A DNA stretch of 64,000 nucleotides from Pristiophorus japonicus. Its lineage: Eukaryota. The notes beneath the pieces are model-generated. The model had not been told where the DNA came from and searched no databases. It was given only the letters and a program-made list of their open reading frames with translations. The position numbers and the translations under genes were made by a program. Where the stretch lies: contig NC_091999.1 of assembly GCF_044704955.1 (NCBI RefSeq), positions 63,984,001 to 64,048,000 on the forward strand, written 5' to 3'. Every line of letters begins with the position of its first letter. Within the stretch, counting starts at the first letter, position 1. This document shows, one piece after another, positions 11,328 through 23,961 of the stretch.

Positions 11328-14295
11328 TGGCCAGAAAAAGCAGCAAACCTGAGGACTGGGAGAAATTTAAAATTCAGCAGAGGAGGACAAAGGGTCAATT
11401 TCGGACCGTGGAATATAGATTATGAGAGGAAGCTTTCTGGGAACATAAAAACTGACTGCAAAAGCTTCTATAGATATGAAAAGAGGAAAAGATTAGTGAA
11501 GACAAACGTAGGCCTCTTTCAATCAGAATCAAGTGAATTTATAATGGGAAACAAAGAAATGGCAGACAAATTGAACAAATACTTTTGTTCTGTCTTCACT
11601 GAGGAAGACACAAATAACGTTTCAGAAATACTAGTTCCTCCTTCTCGATGGTCTATCGAGAAGGAGGAACTGAAGGAAATTCTTATTGGACAGGAAATTA
11701 TGTAAGGGAAATTGACGGGATTGAAGGCCGATAAATTCCCAGGGCCTGATAGTCTGCATCCCACGAGTACTTACAGAAGTGACCCTAGAAATAATGGCTG
11801 CGTCGATGATAATTTTCCAACAGTCTATCGACTCTGGATTAGTTCCTATGGACTGGAGGGTAGTTAATGTAACACCACTGTTTAAAAAAGGAGGGAGAGA
11901 GAAAAGGGGAAATTATAGACCAATTAGCCTGACATAAGTACTGGGGGAAATGTTGGAATCAATTGTTAAAGATGAATTAGCGGCATTTGGAAATCAGTGA
12001 AAGGAGCGCTCCAAGTCTGCATGCATTTAGGAAAGGGAAATCATGCTTGAAGAATCTTTTACAATTTTTTTGAGGACGCAACTAGTGGAGTGGACAAGGG
12101 AGAACCAGTGGATGTGATGTATTTGGACATTCAAAAGGCTTCTGACAAGGTACCACACAAGAGATTGGTGTGCAAAGTAAAGCACATGGTATTGGGGGCA
12201 ATGTATTGACGTGGATAGAGAAATGGTTAGCAGACAGGAAGCAGAGAGTCGGGTTAAACGTGTCCTTTTCAGAATTGCAGGCAGTGACAAGTGGGGTGCC
12301 ACAGGGGTCAGTGCTGGGATCCCAGATATTTACAATATACATCAATGATTTAGATGCAGGAATTGAGAGTAATATCTCCAAGCTTGCAGATGACACTTAG
12401 CTGGGTAGTGGTGTGACCTGTGAGGAGGATGCTAAGAGACTGCAGGATGACTCGGACAGGTTAGGTGAGTAAGCAAATGCATCACAGATGCAGTATAATG
12501 TGGATAAATGTGTGGTTATCCAATTTGGTGGCAAAAACGTGAAGCCAGAATATTATCTGAATGGTGGCAGATTATGTAAAGGAGAGGTGCAACAAGACCT
12601 GCGTGTCATGGTACATAAGTCATTGAAGCTTGAAATGCAGGTGCAGCAAGTGGTGAAGAAGGCAAATGGCATTTGGGCGTTCACAGCTAGGGGTTTTGAG
12701 TATAGGAGCAGGGAAGTCTTCCTGCAGCTTTACAGGGCCTTGGTGAGGCCTCTCTTGGAATATTGTGTTCAATTTTGGTCTCCTAATCTGAGGAAGGAAG
12801 TTCTTGCTATTGAGGGAGTGCAGCGCAGGTTCACCAGACTGATGCCCGGGATGGCAGGACTGACATCTGAGGAGAGACTGGATCGACTGGGCGTCTATTC
12901 GCTGGAGTTTAGAAGAATGAGAGGGGATCTCCTACAAACATAGAAAATTCTGACGGGACTGGACAGGTTAAATGCCGGAAGAATGTGCACGATGTTGGGG
13001 GAGTTCAGAACTAGAGGTCAGAGTCTAAGGTTGAGGGGTAAGCCATTTAGGACCGAGATGAGGAGAAACTACTTCATTCAGAGAGTTGCTCTCCTGTGGA
13101 ATTCTTTTCCGCAGAGAGTTGTTGATGCCAGTTCGTTAGATATATTCAGGTGGGAGTTGAATATGGACCTTATGGCTAAAGGGAGCAAGGGGTATGGAGA
13201 GAAGGCAGGAAATGGGTATTGAGGTGAACATAGAAACATAGAAACATAGAAAATAGGTGCAGGAGCAGGCCATTCAGCCCTTCTAGCCTGCACCGCCATT
13301 CAATGAGTTCATGGCTGAACATGAAACTTCAGTACCCCCTTCCTGCTTTCTCGCCATAACCCTTGATCCTCCGAGTAGTAAGGACTTCATTTAATTCCCT
13401 TTTGAATATATTTAGTGAATTGGCCTCAACTATTTTCTGTGGTAGAGAATTCCACAGGTTCACCACTCTCTGGGTGAAGAAGTTTCTCCTCATCTCGGTC
13501 CTAAATGGCTTACCCCTTATACTCAGACTGTGACCCCTGGTTCTGGACTTCCCCAACATTGGGAACATTCTTCCTGCATCTAACCTGTATAAACCCGTCA
13601 GAATTTTAAACGTTTCTATGAGGTCCACTCTCATTCTTTTGAACTCCAGTGAATACAAGCCCAGTTGATCCAGTCTTTCTTGATAGGTCAGTCCCGCCAT
13701 CCCGGGAATCAGTCTGGTGAATCTTCGCTGCACTCCCTCAATAGCACGAATGTCCTTCCTCAAGTTAGGAGACCAAAACTGTACACAATACTCCAGGTGC
13801 GGCCTCACCGAGGCCCTGTACAACTGTAGCAACACCTCCCTGCCCCTGTATTCAAATCCCCTCGCTATGAAGGCCAGCATGCCATTTGCTTTCTTAACCG
13901 CCTGCTGTACCTGCATGTTAACCTTCAATGACTGATGTACCATGACACCCAGGTCTCGTTGCACCTTCCATTTTCCTAATCTGTCACCATTCAGATAATA
14001 GTCTGTCTCTTTGTTTTTACCACCAAAGTGGATAACCTCACATTTATCCACATTATACTTCATCTGCCATGCATTTGCCCACTCACCTAACCTATCCAAG
14101 TCAATCTGCAGCCTCATAGCATCCTCCTCGCAGCTCACACTGCCACCCAACTTTGTGTCATCCGCAAATTGGGAGATACTGCATTTAATCCCCTCGTCTA
14201 AATCATTAATGTTCAGCCATGATCTTATTGAATGGTGGTGCAGGCTCGAAGCTCCGAATGGCCTACTCCTGCAGCTATTTTCTATGTTTCTATGC
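11328..14295 (+). mobile_element. 5'-truncated CR1 LINE (RT and 3' UTR), interrupted at 13229-14211
   Basis: RT ORFs 12170-13222; 3' UTR resumes at 14212 (tcagccatgatcttattgaatgg) and ends ttctatgtttctatg. Confidence 0.92.
13229..14211 (-). mobile_element. Younger 5'-truncated CR1 nested in the 3' UTR of another CR1
   Basis: 273-aa open RT C-terminus at 13329-14150; (catagaaa)x3 tail at 13229. Confidence 0.95.
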
Positions 14296-15190
14296 TTCGA
14301 TGTTCCTACTGACCTGCTCTATCAGTTCCTCTCTACCTGGTTTTCAGAGATCACATTGTAGGTGAGCACCTTAATCGTGGAGCAGTTTGCGGACTTCTGC
14401 ATAGTATACTGACACAGTGCCCCGCCCCCCGCCCCCCACCCCTGCACCAGTTCCAGCACGTGACTCTCCTGCGCTTTCCGATTCTCTCTCCAACAGCTCA
14501 CACTTTTGTCGTTGGTTATTTTCTACTGACCACGTATATTCTGGCGTCGTGTCTCGACTTCGCTGCTAGCCACCTGTGACGGTATTTTCTGCATCTTCCC
14601 TGGGTCCCGATCTCCTTGTTGGTCCGTGCTGTACCTTTGCTGGTCACAACCTACCTGTTGGACCGTGCTGTACCTTCCCTGGGTCCCGATCACCCTGTTG
14701 TTCCGTACCTTACTTTCCTCGAGTACCGATATTGCTGTTGGCCTCAGCCTCCGACTTCACTGCTGATTTGTGATGAACCTTCCCTGGATGCCAACTTTAT
14801 TGCCTGTCTTGGCTTCCCGACCTCGCTTCTGCGCTGTGCCTCACGACCCTGCAGCTGGTCCGTGCTGTTTCTTCCCAGGGTCCCGACCTTACTGCTGGCC
14901 TTGGCTTCCCAACCTCGCTCCTGCACTCGGTCTCCGGACCTAGCTGCAGGTCTGTGCTGTACCTTCCCTGGGTTCCGTACTCGCTGCTGACCCCTGCTAA
15001 ACCGTTCATGGGTCCTCCGATCCTCGCCGGCCATCGATTCCCACCGGTCCTCCGATTCTCCATTCCCGCCGTCACCCAGCAACTGGTGCCACGTATTTTT
15101 ACCGGGGTTTTACCCGTTTTCTTGCCAATCGCTGCCCGACTTGGATGGATTGGAGACACCCGGTGTTTGCGCCACACACACCTTGACACC
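14296..15190. repeat. GC-rich internally repetitive segment attached to the CR1 tail (copy 1)
   Basis: Repeated ccgtgctgtaccttccctgggtcccga and ggcttcccgacctcgc units; homologous to 21811-22770. Confidence 0.8.
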
Positions 15191-17099
15191 CATGCAGCAG
15201 AGCCTCGTCTCCAATCATCTTGCATCCCCTTGCCATTGGACCAAGACTTAGTCTGTCAGGTTCGGTGGTAGCTCGTGTGCAAGGGACACACCTCAGTAAT
15301 ATAATTCATGCAGGGGTATCTTCTAACCTTTAAAATGAAGTTCAGGACCTGAAAACTTTAGGACCCTCATGGACAATCCCAACATTAACAGACCAGAACG
15401 TCATACTGCTGCCATTGTCCGGGAACTGAGATGCTTCGACATCGACAACAATGCCCTGAGTGATACAAAGTGGGCAGGACAAGGTCAGCTCAAGGGACTA
15501 GGTGGTTGATACACATTCTCAAACGGCACACCAGAAGAATAACACAGTCTCAATGGGGCATACGCACCAACCCTGGAAACTACGGACACGGACAAAGAGG
15601 AATTCTACTCCAGCCTGGAACAATCCCTGTCCCGACTCCCAATAGGCAACACGCTGATTATTCTTGATGACTTTAACGGCAGAGTTGCAAAGGACACAGA
15701 CCTCATGAGAGGGGTGATTGCCAGGGAAGGAGTAGGGAAAACTAACTCCAATGGGATCCTCCTCCTGAGGAATTTCTTATAACATGTTCTTGTCATATCC
15801 AACACCTTGATTCGTCAGAATGACTACTACAAGGCCACATCGCAACACCCTCGTTCCAGGCACTGGCATCCGATTGAGGGACCACAAGGATGTCCGCATC
15901 ACTCATGACATGACAGGAGCTGCTGACTGCTGCATTGCCCACCGCCTAATCCGTTCTATTATCTCCATCAATATAGCCTCAAAACAGCAGGGGCAACATA
16001 AATCCTGCCGTAAAAAATCAACATTGAAGGTCTCAAAGACCCTGCAAAGAAAGTCCTAATCAGCCAACTGCTCACAGCCTACCGAACGACTTCCAATCAA
16101 CCAAAGCCGCAGAGTGTCCATAGTGCCTGTTCTGCCCTAAATCCACTAAAATTAGCATCTGCGAATAAACACTTGGCTACAATACCAGAAAATATCAAAA
16201 CTGGTTCGATGCGAATGACCAAGAGATCCAGGAGCTAATAAACCGCAAACGCAAATCATTTCTGAATTGGAAACAACACCACAACTCGAGTGAAAGCAAG
16301 CAGTTCTAGAGACAACTAAAGGCTGATGTACAACAAAAAACTCGTGACATAAGAACAGATGGTGGGTGGAAAACGCGCAGGAGATCCAGCAATTAGCTGA
16401 CAATCATGACGTGCGTGGATTTTCTTTTAGCACAATCAAGATCACCTACGGGCCAAGCACACTGTCCGATTCTGCAGAGAACCGAGAATGGAGGAGTGCT
16501 CTTCATGGACAGAGAGGCAGTCATTAGCCACATGAAGGAGCACTTTCTGGATCTCCTCAACCAAGCCTCTGTCTTTGATGTGAGTGTCCTTGAACCCATC
16601 CCACAACATATAACCCGTCACCACATCGGTAAAATCCTGACCCAGCACGAGAGTGAAAAGGCTATCTGACAACTAAAGAACAGCAAGGCCTCAGGAATCC
16701 CCGCCGAAGCACTAACATATGGTGGAGTAAAACACTTGGCGCGAATTCATGTCCTCATATCCCTTAACTGGAAGGAGGAGAGCATACCAGGGCCTCTCAA
16801 AGATGCCGTAATCGTGCCCATCTTCAAGAAAGGTGACAAGTCCGATTGCAGTAATTACAGAAATCCGCAGGGAATATTATCGCACAAGTCATCCTCAATT
16901 ATCTCCTCCCAATGACTGAAGAGCTCCTCCCACAGTCGAAATGCGGATTCCACAAACTAAGGGGCACAATGGGCATGATATTCACCGTGTGACAATTCCA
17001 CGAAAAATGGATAGAGCTACTTCAATCTCTGTACATCGCTTACTTTGCTCTCACAAAGGTCTCCGAATCCGTCAACCATGAGGGATTATGGAGTGTCAT

Positions 17100-17629
17100 T
17101 GTTGAAAAAAAATATGTAGTGGGAACCTAATTGGTTAATAAGGGGACCTAATTAAATAAAGCTAAAAATTAAAAGCAAGTTTGTAAGAGAAAAAAATACG
17201 TGCTACGAACATAGGGAAAATAATAGAACTAGAACGCTCAGGAAGATAGATCAACTTATCACAGTATAAACCAGACAGTTTGGAAAAATACATTCCAAGG
17301 CTAGGTTACATGGGGTAGTAAGAGATTACGGGAAACAAAAGATGATTGAAGAATATCTCACCTGATTCAAAGCAGTTAGGCAAAGAGGAGAAGAGCAAAG
17401 ATTGATGTGACACTTAACTTATCAGATAAAAAGTGCACAAGGACGTAACGAAGCTTGCTTTCAAAGCAATTGCATTAACCAATTAATATTTGTAATCGTA
17501 GTAGGTAGGCGAAAATTTTGTGATGCAGCAGGAAAACAACAAATGGAAAGCCTCTACATGGAACTTTATGATTTTGTATGTATTCATAGACAAACTTGTG
17601 TCGAGTATCTTTTTTAATACTCCATATCA
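17100..17629. mobile_element. Solo LTR inserted in the RTE
   Basis: TGTTG...ATCA termini; 5-bp TSD GTCAT (17095-17099 and 17630-17634); RTE sequence is continuous across it. Confidence 0.75.
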
Positions 17630-18882
17630 GTCATTCTCAAAATTGGATCTCCTCTGAAATTTGTCACCAACGGATCTACTACAAACACAATATAAGTGCA
17701 GAAGGAGGTTAAGCAAGGCTGTGTCATCACAAGGACGCTCTTCTCAATCTTCCTCGCTGCAATGCTTCACATCATCTTTAAAAATCTCCCCACTGGTGTG
17801 TAGTTAATCTAATGGACAAGCAGGAAATTGTTCAACCTGTGACGCCTCCAGTACAGATCCAAGGTAGGTCCAGCCTCTTTCATTGAATTACAGTATTCAG
17901 ACGTTGCTTGCATTTGTGCACATTCGGAGCCCATACACCAAATCTTCATTGACACTTTCACTGGAGCATACGAGAGTGTGGGCCTTTCATTAAGCATCAG
18001 TACGACAAACGTTCTCCAGCAACCCGACCCCGCTGCACAGTACTACTTCTCGATTATCAAGATCCATGTCGGGATCTTTGACAATCGGGACCACCTCCCA
18101 TAACTTGGAAGCCTACTTTCAGCAAGGACAGACATCGATGACTAAGTCCATCACATTATTCAATGTGCCAGTGGAGCCTTTGGTCGTCTGAGGAAAAGAG
18201 TGTGCAAACACCAAGATCTCAATCCCAGCAACAAGCAAATGGAGTAAAGTGCAGTCGTGGTATCCGCCCTCTTCTATGCTTCAGAGACATGAACTATGTA
18301 CAGTAGGCACCTCAAAGCACTGGAGAAGTAGCACCAATGCTTCCTCCGCGAGATCATGCGAACTTATTGGCAGGATAAGCGCACCAACATCAGGGGTCTC
18401 TCTCAGGCCAAATTCTCTTGTATCATGGCATTTAATATGCTCGATCAGTTCCGATAGACGGGCCACATGGTCCACATGTCCGATACTAGAGTTCCGAAAC
18501 AAGCATTCTTCTCTGAGCTATGTCACAGCAGGCGAGGTCGAGGAGGGCAGAGAAAACGCTTCAACGACACCATCGAAGCCTCCTTGATAAAAATTAGCAT
18601 CCCCACTGACCCTTGGGAATCCCTGGCCCAAGTGGATCAGAAGAATCCTACAAGGCACCAAGGACTTCAAGTTTCTCCGCCGTGATCATGTAGAAGCCAA
18701 GTATAAAGAGCGGAAGGAGTGAACCACAAATCAAGCACCCCACCCACCAGTCCCTCCAAAAACCCTCTGCCCCACCTGTGAGAGAGACTCTAAATCCAGC
18801 ATTGTTCTCAGCAGTCACCTTAGAACCCATTTTAGTTTGGAAGCAAGTCATCCTCAACTCGGGGGTCTGCCTAAGAGAAGAT

Positions 18883-19365
18883 AATAGGAAGCCCCTAATA
18901 ACAGAACTACACACCTGTTAATTATAAATCAAGCAATACATCAAAATGAATTAAAATACAATTAAAGTAAACATTTTAAACAAATATTAAACTTTTTGAA
19001 AAATAAATGTAAACGTTTTCAAGAAGTTAAGTTAACATAATAACTTTTAAAGGTTTTATTATGTTTAAATGATTAAAATATATTTTAATAATAACTGCAA
19101 TCTTACACTGGTAAAATAAAACACTCTGCCTCCTTTTAACAGGTGCAAGATTTTCATGGGCATTCGCTAGGCAAATAGCCAAAATCTCCACCATCAAATG
19201 TCCATTTCCCAGGGATGCGGCCGATCTGTCAAGCAAAATCTTGACAGATTGCAATTTCTGTGTTTTCATGCATGCACATCACTTCCAGAAAGCTGGAACT
19301 TGCGTGGCACTTATGGCCCCATTGGCACCATGTATGCATTAAATGCCACGGATATTCCTGGCCAT
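18883..19365. mobile_element. MITE-like element, right part
   Basis: tcttgacagattgcaatttctgtgttttcatgcatgc..ttgcg matches 23822-23890; ends attcctggcc. Confidence 0.5.
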
Positions 19366-20590
19366 TATATTTATGTAACTCTATATATGTCTAAACCGTG
19401 TTGGAGATATTCCCACTGTTATAATACTCATTATTACTGCGAACCAATCACCAACTTGCCGTACTGGATACTGGGCAGGGGAATGGAGAGGGATTCACAA
19501 ATGGGACTTGTTCTGGAATATTCTCTTGTCCCTTTGAAACCAAAGCAGGGCAGTACACTGTAGGATATGGGCAAAATGCAAGATCTGAAATGGAGGACTT
19601 GAAAGAACCTGCAACGACCATCAGTCCATCAGCTTCACAGCAGCTGTCCAACGTTGTAGAGTTTGCTGACTATACAATGTACCACTTGCTTAAATTGTGG
19701 CGTAAATTTTACAAATTCAATGTTAATTTTTTTGATCAGTATGATAATTGATGCAAATTCAAAATAAATGGTGGTGTTTCAGAATAAATGTAACTTACGT
19801 TGATTGTAATGTATTATATACATGTTGAGAAAAAGCTGATGTGGCGACCTGGAGGGTCTGGAGCTGCCTTAAGGCGCTAATAGGAATAAGTAGCATTTCT
19901 TAATGTGCTGATATGTTGAGAACCTGTGATTATTCCATCACGTGCAAGTCAGAATGACATTTCAATGGATGCTGTAGCTATGTTAGTAACAAGCTATTGT
20001 CATCGTAAGGCATGACGTTTCGTTTGGCCATTTGTAAGCTGAACATGTTAAAACTGCAGGCTTAGCAGTTTAGAACAAAGGACAGAAATTTCAACTTGAG
20101 ATTTCAGATATGGTGGTTTAGAACCACCGAACGTGAGATGTAAATGTCTTGATACCGAAACATTTGAGATAACGGAAAGCATCTTCCAAAGCCTACGTGC
20201 GAGACTCTGATCGCTTTGGAAGAGACATGGGTGTATACATTAACCAGTCAGATGGGCAGAGCCAACGGTTGAACAGCTGCTAGTCACAGACATATATGGA
20301 TGTTTTTTATCATTGTAAATTGTCAAGCTTACGCTTCCGCACAATCATTTATAAAACCTGATGCAATTGTTTATCGGAGAGAGCCTTTGCTAATATTCTC
20401 TCCCCTGCATGCTTGTAATAACGTTTCTCACATCATAGCCTGCCCACGACAAAGGGTAGTTTCTTTCCACATCAACAACTGAGGAGTACTGTGAGGTAGG
20501 ATGAGGTGGAGCAATTGGAATGATGTAAAACAAAAATCAGAAGCCACTATCAACCAGGATCCAGAGATTGTTTTTCACTCTTGAAGCATG

Positions 20591-20833
20591 CTGCCAGTGC
20601 GTCTGCCGTATAATACCGGAAATTGGGTTTTTGAAGTCCTTTTAATTGGACTCTGGATTTGTGGGACATCAATACACCAGAATTGTAAATTAGGCTATAT
20701 TATTTTGCTTTCGATGATTACTAGTCGAAATCACCTAGCATTTTATATAGTGACCAAGAAACAAGTGTAGTTATCAGTTTAAATGGAGTTGGAAAGCTGA
20801 GGGAGAATTAAGATCAGAGATATGCAGAAATAA
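20591..20833 (+). repeat. ~245-bp direct repeat, left copy (partner at 22770-23036)
   Basis: Both copies begin ctgccagtgcgtc and end gcagaaataa. Confidence 0.85.
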
Positions 20834-20835
20834 TT

Positions 20836-21810
20836 CATCAATGATATAGATACAGGAATTGAGAGTAATATCTCCAAGTTTGCAGATGACACTAAGCTGG
20901 GTGGCAGTTTGAGCTGTGAGGAGGATGCTAAGAGGCTGCAGGGTTAATTAGACAGGTTAGTTGAGTGGGCAACTGCATTAAAGATGCAGTATAATGTGGA
21001 TAAATGTGCGGTTATCCAATTTGGTGGCAAAAACATGAAGGCAGATTATTATCTGAATGTTGGCAGATTAGTTAAAGGGGATGTGCAACGAGACCTGGGT
21101 GTCATGGTACATCAGTCATTGAAGGTTGAAATGCAGGTGCAGCAAGCGGTGAAGAAGGCAAATGGCATGTTGGCGTTCCTGGCTAGGGGATTTGAGTATG
21201 GGAGCAGGGAGGTCTTGCGGCAGCTCGACAGGGCCTTGGTGAGGCCTCACCTGGAATATTGTGTTCACTTTTGGTCTCCTAATCTGAGGAAGGACGTTCT
21301 TGCTATTGAGGGAGTGCAGCGAAGGTTCACCAGACTGATGCCCCGGAACGCAGGACTGACATATGAGGAGAGACTGGATCGAATGGGCGTCTATTCGCTG
21401 GAGTCTAGAAGAATGATAGGGGATCTCATAGAAACATATAAAATTCTGACAGGACTGGACAGGTTAGATGCAAGCAGAATGTTCACGATGTTGGGGGAGT
21501 CCAGAACCAGGGGTCACAGTCTAATGATAAAGTGTAAGCCATTTAGGACCAAGATGAGGAGGAACTTCTTCACTCAGAGAGTTGTTAACCTGTGGAATTC
21601 TTTTCTGCAGAGAGTTGTTGAGGCCAGTTCGTTAGATATATTCAAGCGGGAGTTGATTATGGACCTTACGACTAAAGGGATCAAGGGGTATGGAGAGAAG
21701 GCAGGAAAGGGGTACTGAGGTGAATGATCAGGCATGATCTTATTGAATGGTGGTGCATGCTCGAAGGGCCGAATGGCCTATTCCTGCACCTATTTTCTAT
21801 GTTTCTATGT
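20836..21810 (+). mobile_element. 5'-truncated CR1 LINE, close relative of the CR1 segment 12340-14295 without the nested insertion
   Basis: 244-aa ORF 20984-21718 (RT C-terminus), 3' UTR and (ttctatgt)n tail. Confidence 0.95.
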
Positions 21811-22770
21811 TCCTACTGACCTGCTCCCTCAGGTCCTCACTAAAATGTTTTCAGAGATCATAGTGTAGGTGAGCACCTTAATCTTGGAGCGGTTTGCAGA
21901 ATTGTGCATAGAATATTAACAGTGTGCTTCCCCCACCCGCCGCGCCAGCCCCGCACCAGCACCAGCATGCGGCTCTCCTGCGCTTTCCTATTCTCTCTCC
22001 AACCGCACACACTTTTGTCGTTGGTTGTTTTCTAGTGACCACGTTTATTCTGGCCTCGTGTTTCGACCTCGGTACTGGCCTCGGATCCGGGCCATGCTGC
22101 TAGCCTCCTGTGCCAAACTCCCTGCTGGCATTTTCTGTATCTTCCTTGCGTCCTGACCTCCTTGTTGGACCGTGCTGTACCTTCCTTGGATCCCGACCAC
22201 CCTGTTGTTCTGTGCTGCTCTGTAATTCCTCGTGTCCTGACCTCGCTGTGGGTCTCAGCCTCCCACCTCACTGTTGGTTCGTGCTGTACCTTCCCTGGGT
22301 CCCGAGCTTACTGCCGGCCTTGGTTTACCGACCTCGCTGCTGCGCTCTGCCTCCCGGCCCTGCTGCGGGTCCATGCTGTACCTTCCCTGGGTCCCGAGCT
22401 TACTGCTGGCCTTGGCTTCCCGACCTCGCTGCAGCATTTGGACTCCGGATCCTGCTGCTGGTCTGTGTTCTACCTTCCCTGGATTCTGTCCTTGCTGCTG
22501 ACCCGTTCCAAACCGTTCCTGGGTCCCGACCTCACTGGTTGTCCGTGCTGACTCTTTCCTGGGTCCTCGCGACCCGCCGATTACTGCCAGTCCTCCGATC
22601 CTCGCCGGCAATCGTTTCCCACCAGTCTTCCAATTCTGTAGGCCCGCTGTCACCCGGCAACTGGTGCCGCATTTTCTTTACCGGGATTTTACCGGTTTTC
22701 TTGCCAATCGCTGCCCGACTTGGACGGACTGGAGACACCGGGTGTTTGCGCCACATACATCTTCACCGAC
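21811..22770. repeat. GC-rich internally repetitive segment attached to the CR1 tail (copy 2)
   Basis: Colinear with 14296-15190, with the same end motif ggtgtttgcgccacayacayc. Confidence 0.8.
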
Positions 22771-23036
22771 TGCCAGTGCGTCCGCCTGTATAATGCCAGA
22801 AATGGGGTTTTTGAGGTCCTTTTAATTAGACTCTTGATGTGTGGGACATGAATGCACCAGAATTGTAAATTAGAATATATTTTACTGCCTGATACAAGCA
22901 TTATTGTTGCTTTAGATGATTACAAGTGGAACTCACCTGGCATTTTATATAGGGCGCAAAAAACAAGTGTAGTGCTCAGTATAAATGGGGTTGGAAAGCT
23001 GAGGGAGAATTAGACCAGAAATAATTGCAGAAATAA
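22770..23036 (+). repeat. Direct repeat, right copy
   Basis: Matches 20591-20833 with indels. Confidence 0.85.
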
Positions 23037-23380
23037 GTCTTCTCCATTTTAAAGTTATACATGCTGCATTCGTTTCATTATATTATGTTTTGGTTTCATG
23101 TTATTACCTTTAGGTAAATAACAAGAGTTAGTGTATTTTGGGAAGGAGAGAAGTAGATTTGTATCGAAAATCGGGCATTGCTTGCTGTCGAGGCGGGGAA
23201 GGCTAGAGATGCAAAACTGAGGCACTACAGCGCCACCGCTATCGGGAGAGTGTAATCAAAGCGTGGCACGTTTGCATAAGCAGTTTCCATTATAAATGTA
23301 GAGATAGGAACATAAAATGCGAGAAGTTCGCACAAAGATCGCAAAGATATAAGATTTCTATGATATTATAGATAGATATA

Positions 23381-23961
23381 TGGGTCCTGAATTTGAGGTC
23401 TGAGGCATACACCCGGAGTACGCCACCGACACGAAAATAAATTGGTGTCTCTGGAGCTTTGGAGTCTTCAGGTCTTGGGACTCAATGCATATATCTGCAT
23501 AAAGGCCAATGGATCCCAGGGAAGCAGGCGGTTCGGAAGCATTCCTGGGATCACGTGGCTGGGCCAGCCCAACAAATTAAATAGAGGGATTCACCATTAC
23601 CTTATGGGGCTTCCAATTACAAAATAAATTCCCATAAGCTTGTGAGAAATCTCTCAATAAAACACAATTCCAATAAAAATAACGAATCCCCTGTTCCAAA
23701 TGAATGAAAAGTCCCTTTTATTAAGCATTTAAAATGTTTCAGGGGCATTCGGTGGGGCGCAGTTGGGCCCTGCACAAGGAAGAGTGTTTTCGGGGTGATC
23801 GCAGATGATCAATCAAGATGAATCTTGACAGATCGGAACTTCCGGGTTTTACGTGCATGCGCAGCGCATATGGAAAGTCAGAAGTTGCGGACCCATTCTG
23901 AGGACTTACGACGGCGCACGCTGTGCAGACACCATCATCAGCCCGGCTAAATCCGGGCAAT
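23381..23961. mobile_element. MITE-like element (unsplit copy)
   Basis: Imperfect terminal inverted repeats (gtcctgaattt / aaatccgggc), AT-rich flanks, no coding capacity; homologous to the split copy at 11038 and 18883. Confidence 0.5.

Larger units (their letters stand above)
11313..18882 (+). mobile_element. Degenerate RTE-clade LINE with nested insertions
   Basis: Endonuclease start MKFxTxN-like at about 15334; DFNGRV; RT; MSDTRVPKQ..GGQRKRF C-terminus; 3' end ggaagcaagtcatcctc..gcctaagagaag; flanked by the 8-bp direct repeat AATAGGAA (11305-11312 and 18883-18890). Confidence 0.8.

Noticed and set aside
19823-20474. Second solo LTR starting TGTTGAG
   Set aside because: No matching TSD or clear CA end could be found.
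14576-22901. Overlapping 100-227-aa ORFs in the GC-rich segments as genes
   Set aside because: Open frames on all strands reflect GC-rich repeats; frames are not conserved between the two copies.
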